A stretch of DNA of 64,000 bases from contig CM119372.1 in the NCBI GenBank assembly GCA_051294905.1, positions 9,116,001 through 9,180,000 of the forward strand, written 5' to 3'. Source of the stretch: Botryllus schlosseri (lineage: Eukaryota). Positions 41,601 to 53,130 of this stretch are shown piece by piece. The notes under the pieces were generated by a model. The model did no database searches. It was not told where the DNA came from and worked only from the letters and a program-made list of their open reading frames with translations. The translations under genes and the position numbers were made by a program. The first letter of the stretch is position 1. Each line of letters begins with the position of its first letter.

Positions 41601-42580
41601 CAGTGGTTCCCAACCTGTGGTACGCGTACCACTAGTGGTACGCGAAGGTCTTCCAGGTGGTACGCGAGTAGATTCTGCTTTTTTTTTCGACCGACGGTAG
41701 TTATTAGTTAAGGTGGGGTTGAACACAAAGATTGTTCTCCAATACACTTCAGGCTTAGCATGGCCTCCTCGTACTAGACTCTAGCTTCTCACGCTATTCC
41801 CCAGCTGCTAATTTCCCCTTCTACGTGGGAGCGCGAGCAAGGATTTTTATCTCTGATGACTATCAAGTCGAAGAAACGAAACCGACTAGTTGCGCCCATG
41901 CAGGACTTTCAATGCGCTGTGAGCAAACATATGCCCCGCATCGACCAACTAGTGCAGTGGTTCTCAAACTGGGGGTGGTGGTGAAAACATCTGAAGGGTG
42001 GCGCGAAGCTGAAGCCAACTGAAAAAAAAATTTCGCGCTTCGCGCGATTTACCCCTATCCAATCACATTGTTTTTGCTCTGTGTGTAGTTCTAATTGCAT
42101 ATTTGAGAATTCTTTTATCAACTGTCATAACCTTCCATGCCATCTAATTATTCGTTGGGATCGCTAGCATTCTGGTTGCATTTTGTGATATGACGATTAG
42201 GGGGGGGGGATTTTTCTCTATCATAAACGGAGGCGTGTGTATAAAAGTTTGATAACCGCTGAGCTAGTGGAAAATTAGCTAATGCAGCCATCGCATAAAA
42301 ACAATTGACGTTTGTTGTTTGCTGTTATTTCATTATGTTGTTCTTCTTGTGACTGGTGGTGAAAAAACAATTTCATGCATCCCATTAGCCCTGGCTGATA
42401 ATGCCTAGTTTATTAGTACTTGCTATTACGCCTCGCATGGGTCAAATACGTCGTTATGACGTCATAAATGACGGAAACATTTTTGACCGCCTTCAGCGCG
42501 CGTAACTTATGTAGGTGGTACGCGAGCACTGCATAAAACCTCGAAATGGTACGTGGGTGAAAAAAGGTTGGGAACCACTG
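41601..42580. mobile_element. hAT (Charlie/Buster-like) non-autonomous element nested in the left arm
   Basis: TIR CAGTGGTTCCCAACCT / AGGTTGGGAACCACTG; TSD CTATACAT. The right arm (~55075-55100) shows the empty site with one copy of the TSD. Confidence 0.95.
41955..42261. mobile_element. Charlie-like MITE nested inside 41601-42580
   Basis: TIR CAGTGGTTCTCAAACT / AGTTTGATAACCGCTG (14/16 match); TSD AACTAGTG / AGCTAGTG (7/8). Confidence 0.75.
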
Positions 42581-42639
42581 CTATACATCTTCTATTCACA
42601 GTGAGACCGGCTAACGAGAATCAACTTGACACATTAGTG

Positions 42640-45275
42640 CCATTTTCCCTGTCGCAATATTCCGCTTTCGGATATGTGACCGCCATTCCAAATGGGCGAC
42701 AGATTCCAAAGTATGCTCAATTCCAAGATGAATTCAAGAATGTTTCGCCGATATATTTCACACAATCAACGTATTATCGGAAAGGTCTTTCACAGTACTT
42801 TAAGAAAAATCTAAATTAGGAGTGATTATCGGCCTTGTTTGTTTTTAATACCACTAACAACCTCAGGCAAAATTGGCTATCGGACATATGCCCGCCATTC
42901 CAAATGTGCGACATATTCCAAAGTATGCCCAATTCAAAGCCGAATTCAAGAGTGTTTCGCCGATATATTTCACACAATCAACGTATTGCCGGAAAGGTCT
43001 TTCACAGTACTTTAAGAAAAATCTAAATTAGGAGTGATTATCGGCCTTGTTTGTTTTTAATACCACTAACAACCTCAGGCAAAATTGGCTATCGGACATA
43101 TGCCCGCCATTCCAAATGTGCGACATATTCCAAAGTATGCCCAATTCAAAGCCGAATTCAAGAGTGTTTCGCCGATATATTTCACACAATCAACGTATTG
43201 CCGGAAAGGTCTTTCACAGTACTTTAAGAAAAATCTAAATTAGGAGTGATTATCGGCCTTGTTTGTTTTTAATACCACTAACAACCTCAGGCAAAATTGG
43301 CTATCGGACATATGCCCGCCATTCCAAATGTGCGACATATTCCAAAGTATGCCCAATTCAAAGCTGAATTCAAGGGTCTTTCGCCAATATATTTCACACA
43401 ATCAACGTATTGCCGGAAAGGTCTTTCACAGTACTTTAAGAAAAATCTAAATTAGGAGTGATTATCGGCCTTGTTTGTTTTTAATACCACTAACAACCTC
43501 AGGCAAAATTGGGTATCGGACATATGCCCGCCATTCCAAATGTGCGACATATTCCAAAGTATGCCCAATTCAAAGCTGAATTTAAGGGTCTTTCGCCAAT
43601 ATATTTCACACAATCAACGTATTGCCGTAAAGGTCTTTCACAGTACTTTAGGAAAAATCTAAATTAGGAGTGATTATCGGCCTTGTTTGTTTTTAATACC
43701 ACTAACAACCTCAGGCAAAATTGGGTATCGGACATATGCCCGCCATTCCAAATGTGCGACATATTCCAAAGTATGCCCAATTCAAAGCCGAATTCAAGAG
43801 TGTTTCGCCGATATATTTCACACAATCAACGTATTGCCGGAAAGGTCTTTCACAGTACTTTAAGAAAAATCTAAATTAGGAGTGATTATCGGCCTTGTTT
43901 GTTTTTAATACCACTAACAACCTCAGGCAAAATTGGCTATCGGACATATGCCCGCCATTCCAAATGTGCGACATATTCCAAAGTATGCCCAATTCAATGC
44001 TGAATTCAAGGGTCTTTCGCCAATATATTTCACACAATCAACGTATTGCCGGAAAGGTCTTTCACAGTACTTTAAGAAAAATCTAAATTAGGAGTGATTA
44101 TCGGCCTTGTTTGTTTTTAATACCACTAACAACCTCAGGCAAAATTGGGTATCGGACATATGCCCGCCATTCCAAATGTGCGACATATTACAAAGTATGC
44201 CCAATTCAAAGCCGAATTCAAGAGTGTTTCGCCGATATATTTCACACAATCAACGTATTGCCGGAAAGGTCTTTCACAGTACTTTAAGAAAAATCTAAAT
44301 TAGGAGTGATTATCGGCCTTGTTTGTTTTTAATACCACTAACAACCTCAGGCAAAATTGGCTATCGGACATATGCCCGCCATTCCAAATGTGCGACATAT
44401 TCCAAAGTATGCCCAATTCAAAGCTGAATTCAAGGGTCTTCCGCCAATATATTTCACACAATCAACGTATTGCCGGAAAGGTCTTTCACAGTACTTTAAG
44501 AAAAATCTAAATTAGGAGTGATTATCGGCCTTGTTTGTTTTTAATACCACTAACAACCTCAGGCAAAATTGGCTATCGGACATATGCCCGCCATTCCAAA
44601 TGTGCGACATATTCCAAAGTATGCCCAATTCAAAGCTGAATTCAAGGGTCTTTCGCCGATATATTTCACACAATCAACGTATTGCCGTAAAGGTCTTTCA
44701 CAGTACTTTAGGAAAAATCTAAATTAGGAGTGATTATCGGCCTTGTTTGTTTTTAATACCACTAACAACCTCAGGCAAAATTGGGTATCGGACATATGCC
44801 CGCCAAACCAAATGTGCGACATATTCCAAAGTATGCCCAATTCAAAGCCGAATTCAAGAGTGTTTCGCCGATATATTTCACACAATCAACGTATTGCCGG
44901 AAAGGTCTTTCACAGTACTTTAAGAAAAATCTAAATTAGGAGTGATTATCGGCCTTGTTTGTTTTTAATACCACTAACAACCTCAGGCAAAATTGGGTAT
45001 CGGACATATGCCCGCCATTCCAAATGTGCGACATATTCCAAAGTATTCCCAATTCAAAGCTGAATTCAAGGGTCTTTCGCCAATATATTTCACACAATCA
45101 ACGTATTGCCGGAAAGGTCATTCAAAGTACGTTAAGAAAAATCTAAATTAGGAGTGATTATCGGTCTTGTTTGTTTTCAATACGACTACCAACCTTAGAT
45201 AATATTGCGCTATCAGACATATACCCGCTATTCCAAATGTGCGACAGATTTCAAAGCATACAAATTCCAAGCTGA
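42640..45275 (+). repeat. 212-bp tandem array, left arm (11 near-identical units plus diverged edge units)
   Basis: Periodicity of 212 (42835, 43047 ... 44955). Confidence 0.97.
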
Positions 45276-47923
45276 CCAACGTTGGGAGTGGGGGACGATT
45301 TTATGTTTTGGTCTAGATTCTAGCTACAAGTCACAATAACATTGCATATAAGCCGATGGCTACGACGGCAGGTCCAAATGTTGGGTAAAGAATTGTGAAA
45401 TAACGATTGGCGCCCGTTTCAAGCAGAATCATTTGAGAATAAGAGAAAGTGAACATAAAATTCTGCCTTCAACTTAATACAGATAATGTAATGCAAGTGT
45501 CCATTACGAAAAACGGCTCGGTTATGATATATATCAGCAGCTGTTGATTTTTAATGCTTCGTCGTGGAAACCGTAATGTTTTATTTGACGAGTGGGCTAC
45601 AAAATTTCAAACCTTTGTCCGGTGTTTTGTACAAATAAAAAGTAATAGTTCTTTCACAAAGAACTCGATTAAATACGGCAAGTAGTCGATTACGATTACT
45701 ACGTAATTTTCTCGAATGTAATCGATTGCGATTACGATTACTTGAAAATGATGTAATCGTCATAATCGATTACGATTACTAATCGCAATTACCCCATGTC
45801 TGATCCACAGTAGGCTATATCGTTAACTCAGATTTCAATACTCGACTTTTGGTCTCGACCCTAAGATTTTCAATATATTTCAGACAATGAACACATTAGC
45901 GGAAGGCGCCTTCAAAGTGCACGCGCTTCAATTGTAATGTTGGCCGACTTTCACGCCGAATTCAAGAGCATTCCGCGCCTGCATTTCGGACAATGAGCAC
46001 ATCATCGGAAATGATTCTTTATTATTAGAGTACAGTTTTTAAATGCGAATACAAACCGTGCGTATTATTCCGCTTCTGCACAGTGCATGAGGCGTGTTTA
46101 TTGATGACTCGTGCTTAAAGTGTTTATGTTGGTCGACAATTTCCTTTGATCTGATGTAAGTGATTCCCCGCTGGTAGTAAGATTCTTCGCTCGCCGTGTC
46201 AACTATCAGTGATGACTACTGGTCATCCACCAATATTTACCTATTTATATACGCACTCCTGTATAATTTTAAGATTTATCCCTAATTGGCCCCTAATCTG
46301 ATAAGATCTGACCCCTTTCGGCCACATTTTCCGGCACCCCACTATGCAGCTCATATTCGCTGAGAAAATTCGGTGTAACAGTCCACGCGATTGTATGGCA
46401 TAGTCTCATTTTGTGCGATATTGCACATATCACTATTAGTCGCGTGAGTTGAATCTGTGGGAGCTTTCAAGATCAGTAAATTATATAGCAATCCGTTATC
46501 ACGTCCTAACGTGCATGTGAGGTCTAGGAAGTTCAACATTAGAGTTTACTGCCAGTGTTTCACGCAATTCTCTCTTTCGGGTCAGTACTCGATATAGCTT
46601 TAGAAGTAGTCGACCGTTTGGCGGGGTGGCAGGTATTTTTTTAAATTATTTTATTTCATTATGTCATGTTGTGGGTGATACAATGCGGGTTACCGAGTTT
46701 TGTAATCAATCACGTCAGTACTTCATGTTTGAATTTTACAAGTGATGAAATAATAAGGAATGCATCTATAGGCGCGTATCAAGAGACATGTGATATTATT
46801 ATTGAAATTTTCCAGTTGCACTTATCACCTGTTAAGGTATTTTGTGCCACGAACGCAAACAGTATCATGAAAATTTAAGAATACGGCATTCAGGTGAATC
46901 AAATAGTGGAGAGGACGAATTCAGCAACAGCGGGCGACAGGGAGGGGTTAGATAACACATTAAACATTTTAAAAGGAAATTTGAGCCTAGTATACTCGTC
47001 GCTCAAAAATATGCGATGAAATTGACAAAAGTTCGATATAAGTGAGGACGATGTTTCAACGCATGCAGCAGGAGATCTCATCATTTCTGGTTCAAATAAG
47101 CACGCGACACACTGATATACATCGCGTATCGTGATTGATCGAACTTTCATCGTCTGCGACTGATGTTTTTATTACTGGATGAGCGCATTCAAGATAGGGA
47201 TAATCAGATTACTCGAGTTTTCATTCCGGTTGACCGGTGCGATCGTTTTGGTTGTGTCCGGGTTTGGACCATCCGGAATTATAATATATCGCAGTGTATA
47301 GTTGTTATTATGCCACATTATGCCAAAATGCTCAAGTACATGCTGATATTTTAAGCAACTCCAAATTTATCAACTAACAGGGGTCGCCAACCTTTTTGGC
47401 ACCAAGAGCTACTTTTTGAGTACTGATTGAAGCGGTGGGCTGCCATTTACTTCCGTCGTTTACCCATAAATCAGTGTCTCCCAAACTTTTTTGAGCTACC
47501 ACCCTTCTGGACAGCGAATGAAGCGTTGGTGGCCCCTGAACTAGAACAATGAAATGCTATAATAGTTCGATAAAATCAACATCGGTGCTTTTGCCCCGCA
47601 CGGAAAATCTGAAACCTCGGTTTGTATAGTATCACAGCATATAAAATGCCGAACTAATATCTTTATTTATTCTACAACTGGCATAATTTTGTTTGTGGTC
47701 GTATAAAAGGTACGTGTTTGGAATTTTCACCTAAGTCATTGTATACTTAGGTCATGGGCGACCACAAATTACATCACAATAAAGATTATTTGGTATTTTT
47801 CCATTTCGTAAAATATCGACAGCGAATGAAATGACCGTAAAATGATCAAACGACAGAAGAGGATTTGTTCTTTTGCCGTATTTCAGGTGCTTTTAATTAT
47901 GCGTATATAATGCTAATACTAAT

Positions 47924-49831
47924 ATGACGAAACGGAAAGTAGACAAGAAGGCAGTTGCATTTGATTTGGCAATTTGTCTGGATGCTCTCCCTTCACGGCA
48001 GTCGATCCCTAAGCGTTCAGAGATAGTAAGGTTGTGGACAAGGCGTAGGAAATTTGCATCTATAAAAAATATACAGATGGTGCGAAATCTCTGGAAGAAT
48101 TGCTCCGAATTCAGGGCCATGGTGACTACATTCTTCCGCGAAAACAATGGAATAGACACCGACATCTCTGATTCAGCAATTGAGTCATCTGAAATTGATG
48201 GAGCGGAGAATAATTCGGAACTGATGTTAGGTGTGACGCAAAAGACAGTCATGCAAGCGCCATTTAGGGACGGTGATTCGAAATACGATGACGTCATAGA
48301 ACCCTTATATTGTTACTGCAAGCAACCGTATAAAGGAGAATTCATGGTGCAGTGCGAGGATTGCAAATTCTGGTTTCATCCGAAATGCGCGTTCCCACCG
48401 AACAGCAAAGAAATCAAATTTGATCGTAATCAATGGCGTATTAGGTCTTTGGCTTGTGGTAATGAGCGTAACACTAGCAAACAACGGCTGTTGCATATTC
48501 ACACACCACAGCGCACTGAAAATCATAATCTCGATAAGGAGTTATTGCCTCCCAAGTCTCCGCACGATAAGGTCACAGAACAACATGTAATGTTACATCC
48601 TTCAGATGATGCTTTTCTGATTCGTAATGTCGCTGATGATGATGTCACGGAACATGACGGAATATTTAATCCGTCAGATGATGTTTCTCTGAATCTTAAT
48701 TTCGCTGAGGATGATATCACCGAACAAGAGGAAATAATTAATTTTTCAGATCATGCTTCTATAAATGATAATAACGCTGACGATGATAGCGCAGAACAAG
48801 ACGAAATACCAAAAGCTTCGGATCATGCATCATGTTCTACAGCTTCGCACTCGGCGACTGACAACGTTATGCCAGTTTATGAACGAGACCAATACATCGG
48901 CCCTGCGGAAGCATGGGTAAGTGATTCGGTAATCGAATCGCTTGGGAACATTGAAGCCAGCCTGGCTGACAAAATTAACCAATCGAAGGATATCAACTTG
49001 AAACTATCTACTCCGATATCCTCACAAGAATGGCAAAGAGCTTTTAAAAATCGCGGCAAACATCATTTCGCCAGTGATTCCCCATACGCAGCGATAGTTT
49101 TACAGGCGCTTCTAAAAGTATACGATTCATGTGTACCAATGATAAAGTGTAATTATCTACGGGCTCCGGACAAAGTAACCGAGATTACAGCAGACTCTGG
49201 AAGATATTATGAAGGCAAAGTCACACTTTACTGCGGTCACGCTACATGCTGCGAATGTGCGGTAATGGTCGAAGCTAATTTGTACACTTTGATGACGTCG
49301 GCTCAAATCGATTTTCATATACATGGATGCAGGCATCATCGTCACGAATGTACCAAATCAAGGCGCGTTCAAGGCGAGCAGAGGCATCATTTGAAAGAGG
49401 AACTTGATTACAAAACCCCGACTCAAGTGCATCGGAAATTATATGACCAATTATCAGACAATGAACGTCTTTTAGGGTCACATACATTTGTACCCTCAAT
49501 TAAAGTATTGCAAAACGTCAAAGGAGATGGCTGTCCAGCAACGAAATATTCCAAAAATTGGCTACTCGCAATGGAGAAGATTATGGAAGTCTTCACGAAG
49601 GAAAAAGATACTAATTTTCTACGTGCATGGTCCGCGCATCCCCCAAGCGTTAGTATGTATAATGACGCACAGGTGTCCCTTTATCAAATGCTGTGTCGCA
49701 TAGATTTCCTTTTCTTGGATGCCAGCGGAGGCGTTACGCGCAGCAAGAAAGGGTTTGAAAATTTTCAAATCTACGTACTTTTTATGCGAAATCCAATGGC
49801 GGGTCGGCCCGGAATACCAGCTGCGAGCTGA
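47924..49831 (+). CDS. Transposon ORF, N-terminal part: PHD finger, acidic 24-aa repeats, C2H2-type DNA-binding region, start of a MULE/NOF-like DDE domain
   Basis: PHD motif LYCYCKQPYKGEFMVQCEDCKFWFHPKC; YCGHATCCEC...HRH; FLFLDASGG as the first catalytic Asp ('DATG'-like). A splice acceptor TTTCAG lies at ~47887. Confidence 0.8.
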   Translation: MTKRKVDKKAVAFDLAICLDALPSRQSIPKRSEIVRLWTRRRKFASIKNIQMVRNLWKNCSEFRAMVTTFFRENNGIDTDISDSAIESSEIDGAENNSELMLGVTQKTVMQAPFRDGDSKYDDVIEPLYCYCKQPYKGEFMVQCEDCKFWFHPKCAFPPNSKEIKFDRNQWRIRSLACGNERNTSKQRLLHIHTPQRTENHNLDKELLPPKSPHDKVTEQHVMLHPSDDAFLIRNVADDDVTEHDGIFNPSDDVSLNLNFAEDDITEQEEIINFSDHASINDNNADDDSAEQDEIPKASDHASCSTASHSATDNVMPVYERDQYIGPAEAWVSDSVIESLGNIEASLADKINQSKDINLKLSTPISSQEWQRAFKNRGKHHFASDSPYAAIVLQALLKVYDSCVPMIKCNYLRAPDKVTEITADSGRYYEGKVTLYCGHATCCECAVMVEANLYTLMTSAQIDFHIHGCRHHRHECTKSRRVQGEQRHHLKEELDYKTPTQVHRKLYDQLSDNERLLGSHTFVPSIKVLQNVKGDGCPATKYSKNWLLAMEKIMEVFTKEKDTNFLRAWSAHPPSVSMYNDAQVSLYQMLCRIDFLFLDASGGVTRSKKGFENFQIYVLFMRNPMAGRPGIPAAS

Positions 49832-52069
49832 ACAGCATATTATGGAACTCCTGCGGCTGCAAAGAATATCCGGAATCATAATTTAAAATCCTTAATTTCA
49901 AAGCAGCGGAAATTTGCGGAAACATTGTGGGGCGCAATAGAGCAACAGACCGCGGCAACGGTCGGGGCTAACTTGATGAATATTGCGATAACAACGAAAT
50001 TCAATATCGGTGTGACGTATGCTGATATAATTTCCGTTTGTCCTAACGCATCGGAGGAAACCATTCAAAATCTTAATGACGTCACGACAAATCACACCAG
50101 CGCAGGATGGTTAACGGACAGCATTGTTAATGCATTTGTTCAGCAGTGTGTCGGGGTTAGAAATTCGCAAATAAATGAAGATCATTTTGGGTGTTTGGAC
50201 ACAGACATCTGTGACATGATAATCAGTGGAAGACAGCCTCATTCAGTTGCGGCCACTATTGTTGATAAAAATCAGCAAATTCGCAAGGAAATTATCTGTC
50301 CAGTTCTTATCCGTCAGGAATTCAATCATTTTGCTCTGCTACATTTTCAAGAAATGGATAAAAAGATCACCTTTTACGACTCTTCCGGTGATCGTGAGAC
50401 GGACCAACAAAAGCACATTTTATCTTCGATTACGCAATACCTTTCTGGTATTTCTGGGGCAAATATAAACAACGTAAGGGAGGAATTTTGTGACAAGTTC
50501 CTTCAAAATGACTCGTCGTCATGTGGTGTTTGCGTATGTATGTCAGCGTGGAATATTTGCTTTCAGCAGCATCGCCAAACATATTCACAAAATGAATTTC
50601 GTGGGAAAATCATTTGGGATTTGCTTCAACATTATGTTACGTCATCTCACATTGTACAGAATGCCGAGGTTGAAAGTGGGATAATCACTCAAATTCCAGG
50701 ACTCATAAACTTGGGAAATACATGCTGGTTCAATTCCGTTGTACAGGTATACTCTCATGTCATACGACTGGTGTCGGGGCCTATGGACGACAGTGTGCAA
50801 ATTCATCCGGAAATCACAAATATACTCATTCCATTGACAAACTTGAAGACGGTTGCACTTGACGTGCTAATGAACGCTATTCGAGCTGTATGCGACGGAA
50901 ATCATTTGGAATTTGGTAGTCAGCACGATTGTTGTGACTTCATTTGGATGTCACATTTGCCGAAAGTATTGAAAGAGCTGGGATTGAAGCACGAATTGAA
51001 GTATGAAAAGATCACACAATGTGAGACATGCAATATAAATCAAACAGAAACGTACCATCAAAAAATGTTCGACGTGGATTGCGGAGTGAAAACGATAGCT
51101 GATGCATTTGAAATTTTGAAACGAACATGTGGAAAATGTGGTTCCATGATGGATATTAATGTCAAATTCAATGAGACTCCAAGGATAGTGACCGTGCGCC
51201 TTAACCGTTTGAACGACGAAGCTGAAAAGTTGGAAAATGTCGTCATTCCCAGTAGAAATCTGGACATCAAAGGATCTAACCAAATCCTGATTGGATATGC
51301 CCTCAAGGCGGTGATCGCACACAGCGGAACCTCCCAAAACGGGCATTATACTGCATATTTAATGAGCCCAAAGAGATCGGTGCAGCTATGCGACGACGAA
51401 CATGTGAGATTTGTGGATTCGAAAAAAGCCTTCGATGTCATGTCTAGATCGGGATACATCTTTCTTTATGTTAAAAAACATCCAAAACGAAGGCCTCTGC
51501 AATCGTCACCCCAGACCGAATATTTTATGAAAGCACTGCCATCGATTATTGCGGATGTCAATGATGAAGTCAAGGAAATGGGCGATGCGATATGCCAAAA
51601 TGTTGTAAAAATTGCTAATCTGACATTACAGGAGGCGAAGAGTAAAGTTCGGTATCAGTATCATGCTTTATTTCTCGAAAGAAAATACAGCAAATTACAA
51701 AAAATGATCTTACCTGTAACGACGGATTCTGGAAGAGAACATTGGAACGACGAACTTGAAGTGATATTAAATTATATCAGAAGTAAGACTTGTATCACGC
51801 ATGAAAGATGGATAAGAAGTTTGACCACAGGTGACGAATACAAATCCACCCGACACTTTTCGCGACCAGTTCTGAACAATGCTTTCGTGCATAAAGAAAG
51901 TGAGCTCGTAACGCAATTGGGGCCAACCTACAATTGCAGTAAATATTTCAAATGGGTTGTTTTTCCTGAAGTTGCTTTGATGTATCTATCGATTATCGAG
52001 AAGAGAACATATGAACAAGTTCTGGAAAATATGAATCGATTGACCGAAGAACTCAATCGGCAGTGGTAA
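49832..52069 (+). CDS. Transposon ORF, C-terminal part: ULP/C48 SUMO-type protease, USP/C19 deubiquitinase and an unknown C-terminal domain
   Basis: C48 motifs: GWLTDSIV, NHFALL, FYDS, QNDSSSCG. C19 motifs: GLINLGNTCWFNSVVQ, QHD, CETC/CGKC, VIAHSG...GHY, CDD, GYIFLY. The frame is open directly from 49832 and is the same frame as the upstream ORF. Confidence 0.88.
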   Translation, partial: TAYYGTPAAAKNIRNHNLKSLISKQRKFAETLWGAIEQQTAATVGANLMNIAITTKFNIGVTYADIISVCPNASEETIQNLNDVTTNHTSAGWLTDSIVNAFVQQCVGVRNSQINEDHFGCLDTDICDMIISGRQPHSVAATIVDKNQQIRKEIICPVLIRQEFNHFALLHFQEMDKKITFYDSSGDRETDQQKHILSSITQYLSGISGANINNVREEFCDKFLQNDSSSCGVCVCMSAWNICFQQHRQTYSQNEFRGKIIWDLLQHYVTSSHIVQNAEVESGIITQIPGLINLGNTCWFNSVVQVYSHVIRLVSGPMDDSVQIHPEITNILIPLTNLKTVALDVLMNAIRAVCDGNHLEFGSQHDCCDFIWMSHLPKVLKELGLKHELKYEKITQCETCNINQTETYHQKMFDVDCGVKTIADAFEILKRTCGKCGSMMDINVKFNETPRIVTVRLNRLNDEAEKLENVVIPSRNLDIKGSNQILIGYALKAVIAHSGTSQNGHYTAYLMSPKRSVQLCDDEHVRFVDSKKAFDVMSRSGYIFLYVKKHPKRRPLQSSPQTEYFMKALPSIIADVNDEVKEMGDAICQNVVKIANLTLQEAKSKVRYQYHALFLERKYSKLQKMILPVTTDSGREHWNDELEVILNYIRSKTCITHERWIRSLTTGDEYKSTRHFSRPVLNNAFVHKESELVTQLGPTYNCSKYFKWVVFPEVALMYLSIIEKRTYEQVLENMNRLTEELNRQW

Positions 52070-53130
52070 TATTACAATATTGGCTTCATGAAATGTATCC
52101 TTATCTTGAACGGATCATTCGAGCATCGACGTAGCCGTCAGCGGCACAGCGGCATTCCCGGAAATGAAATTGCGGATGAATTATTGCGTCCGTCCGTTTT
52201 CGACCGAATATCGTCATTTGGAATATCGCGTCGACATGATAATATTTTTTTTGCCTTTTTCCAGGTCATTAACTACTAACAGTGCATCTGTTTAAAATTG
52301 GGTGTATTGATTCTCCTACATTTGACTTCCGTTTTCTACCTGACACAATCGACTATTTTCTTTTAACATGTTGTAAATACGCGCATCATATATTGCTGTG
52401 ATTAATGTGAACTTTTGATATGTATTTCTACTGATTTAACGTTTACTCACGAGGTGCACCAGACCGTTAACGGCGATAAGCGCTACTTCATTTTTTACTA
52501 TCTATAATAATAATAACAATATTGGTTTGCCATGTATTGATTTTTTGTATCTAAGCTATCACGTAACGGCAGTGAGTTGCTAACATTCTACAAAGATGTA
52601 TTGTGCAAGTATTTAATATATTTCAACATATATTGGGGTTACTTGGATTTTTGTTGGAAGATAAACAAGTTGTTGAAGTTGTATCCGTGTTTCGAAATAG
52701 TGGTCTAAGTATCGTAGAATTGAAAACGTTGTTGTTAGTTCGGTCGGTCCTTCGCGACATACCGAATAGCTGAGTAATAGGATTGACCAAACAATGTTTA
52801 GACTGCGTATCAGTATTTGAAGTATTCAACATTAGGCAGGGGCGTATCGTTGACCACGGAATTATGAAAGCTACCGTTCTGTGGTGTCCACGTCTTGCGA
52901 TCAGTTTTTACACTTGCAAATGTCGGCTCAACTCACAAAACAGAGTAGCGAAACAGTTTAGTGTTCATGCTCAGTTCATACATCAAGCGAAGTCTCATGA
53001 TGTCAGCGGGGATTAATTCACTTACATAAGATCTTAGCGTATAATACAGCACGACGACTACAATTCCACTTAATAAATGGATCATCAACAAACCTGCAAC
53101 ATGCACTGCATAAAACCACTGTACAGAACA

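Noticed and set aside
42835..45146. Repeated 63-aa ORFs (also the 62-aa ORFs at 62139-63975)
   Set aside because: By-products of tandem repeats, with non-ATG starts and shifting frames.
46666..47160. Possible decayed upstream ORF inside the element
   Set aside because: Several stops and no recognisable motif.
49829..49831. Selenocysteine recoding of the in-frame TGA
   Set aside because: No SECIS was recognised, and the missing DDE core favours a deletion junction.
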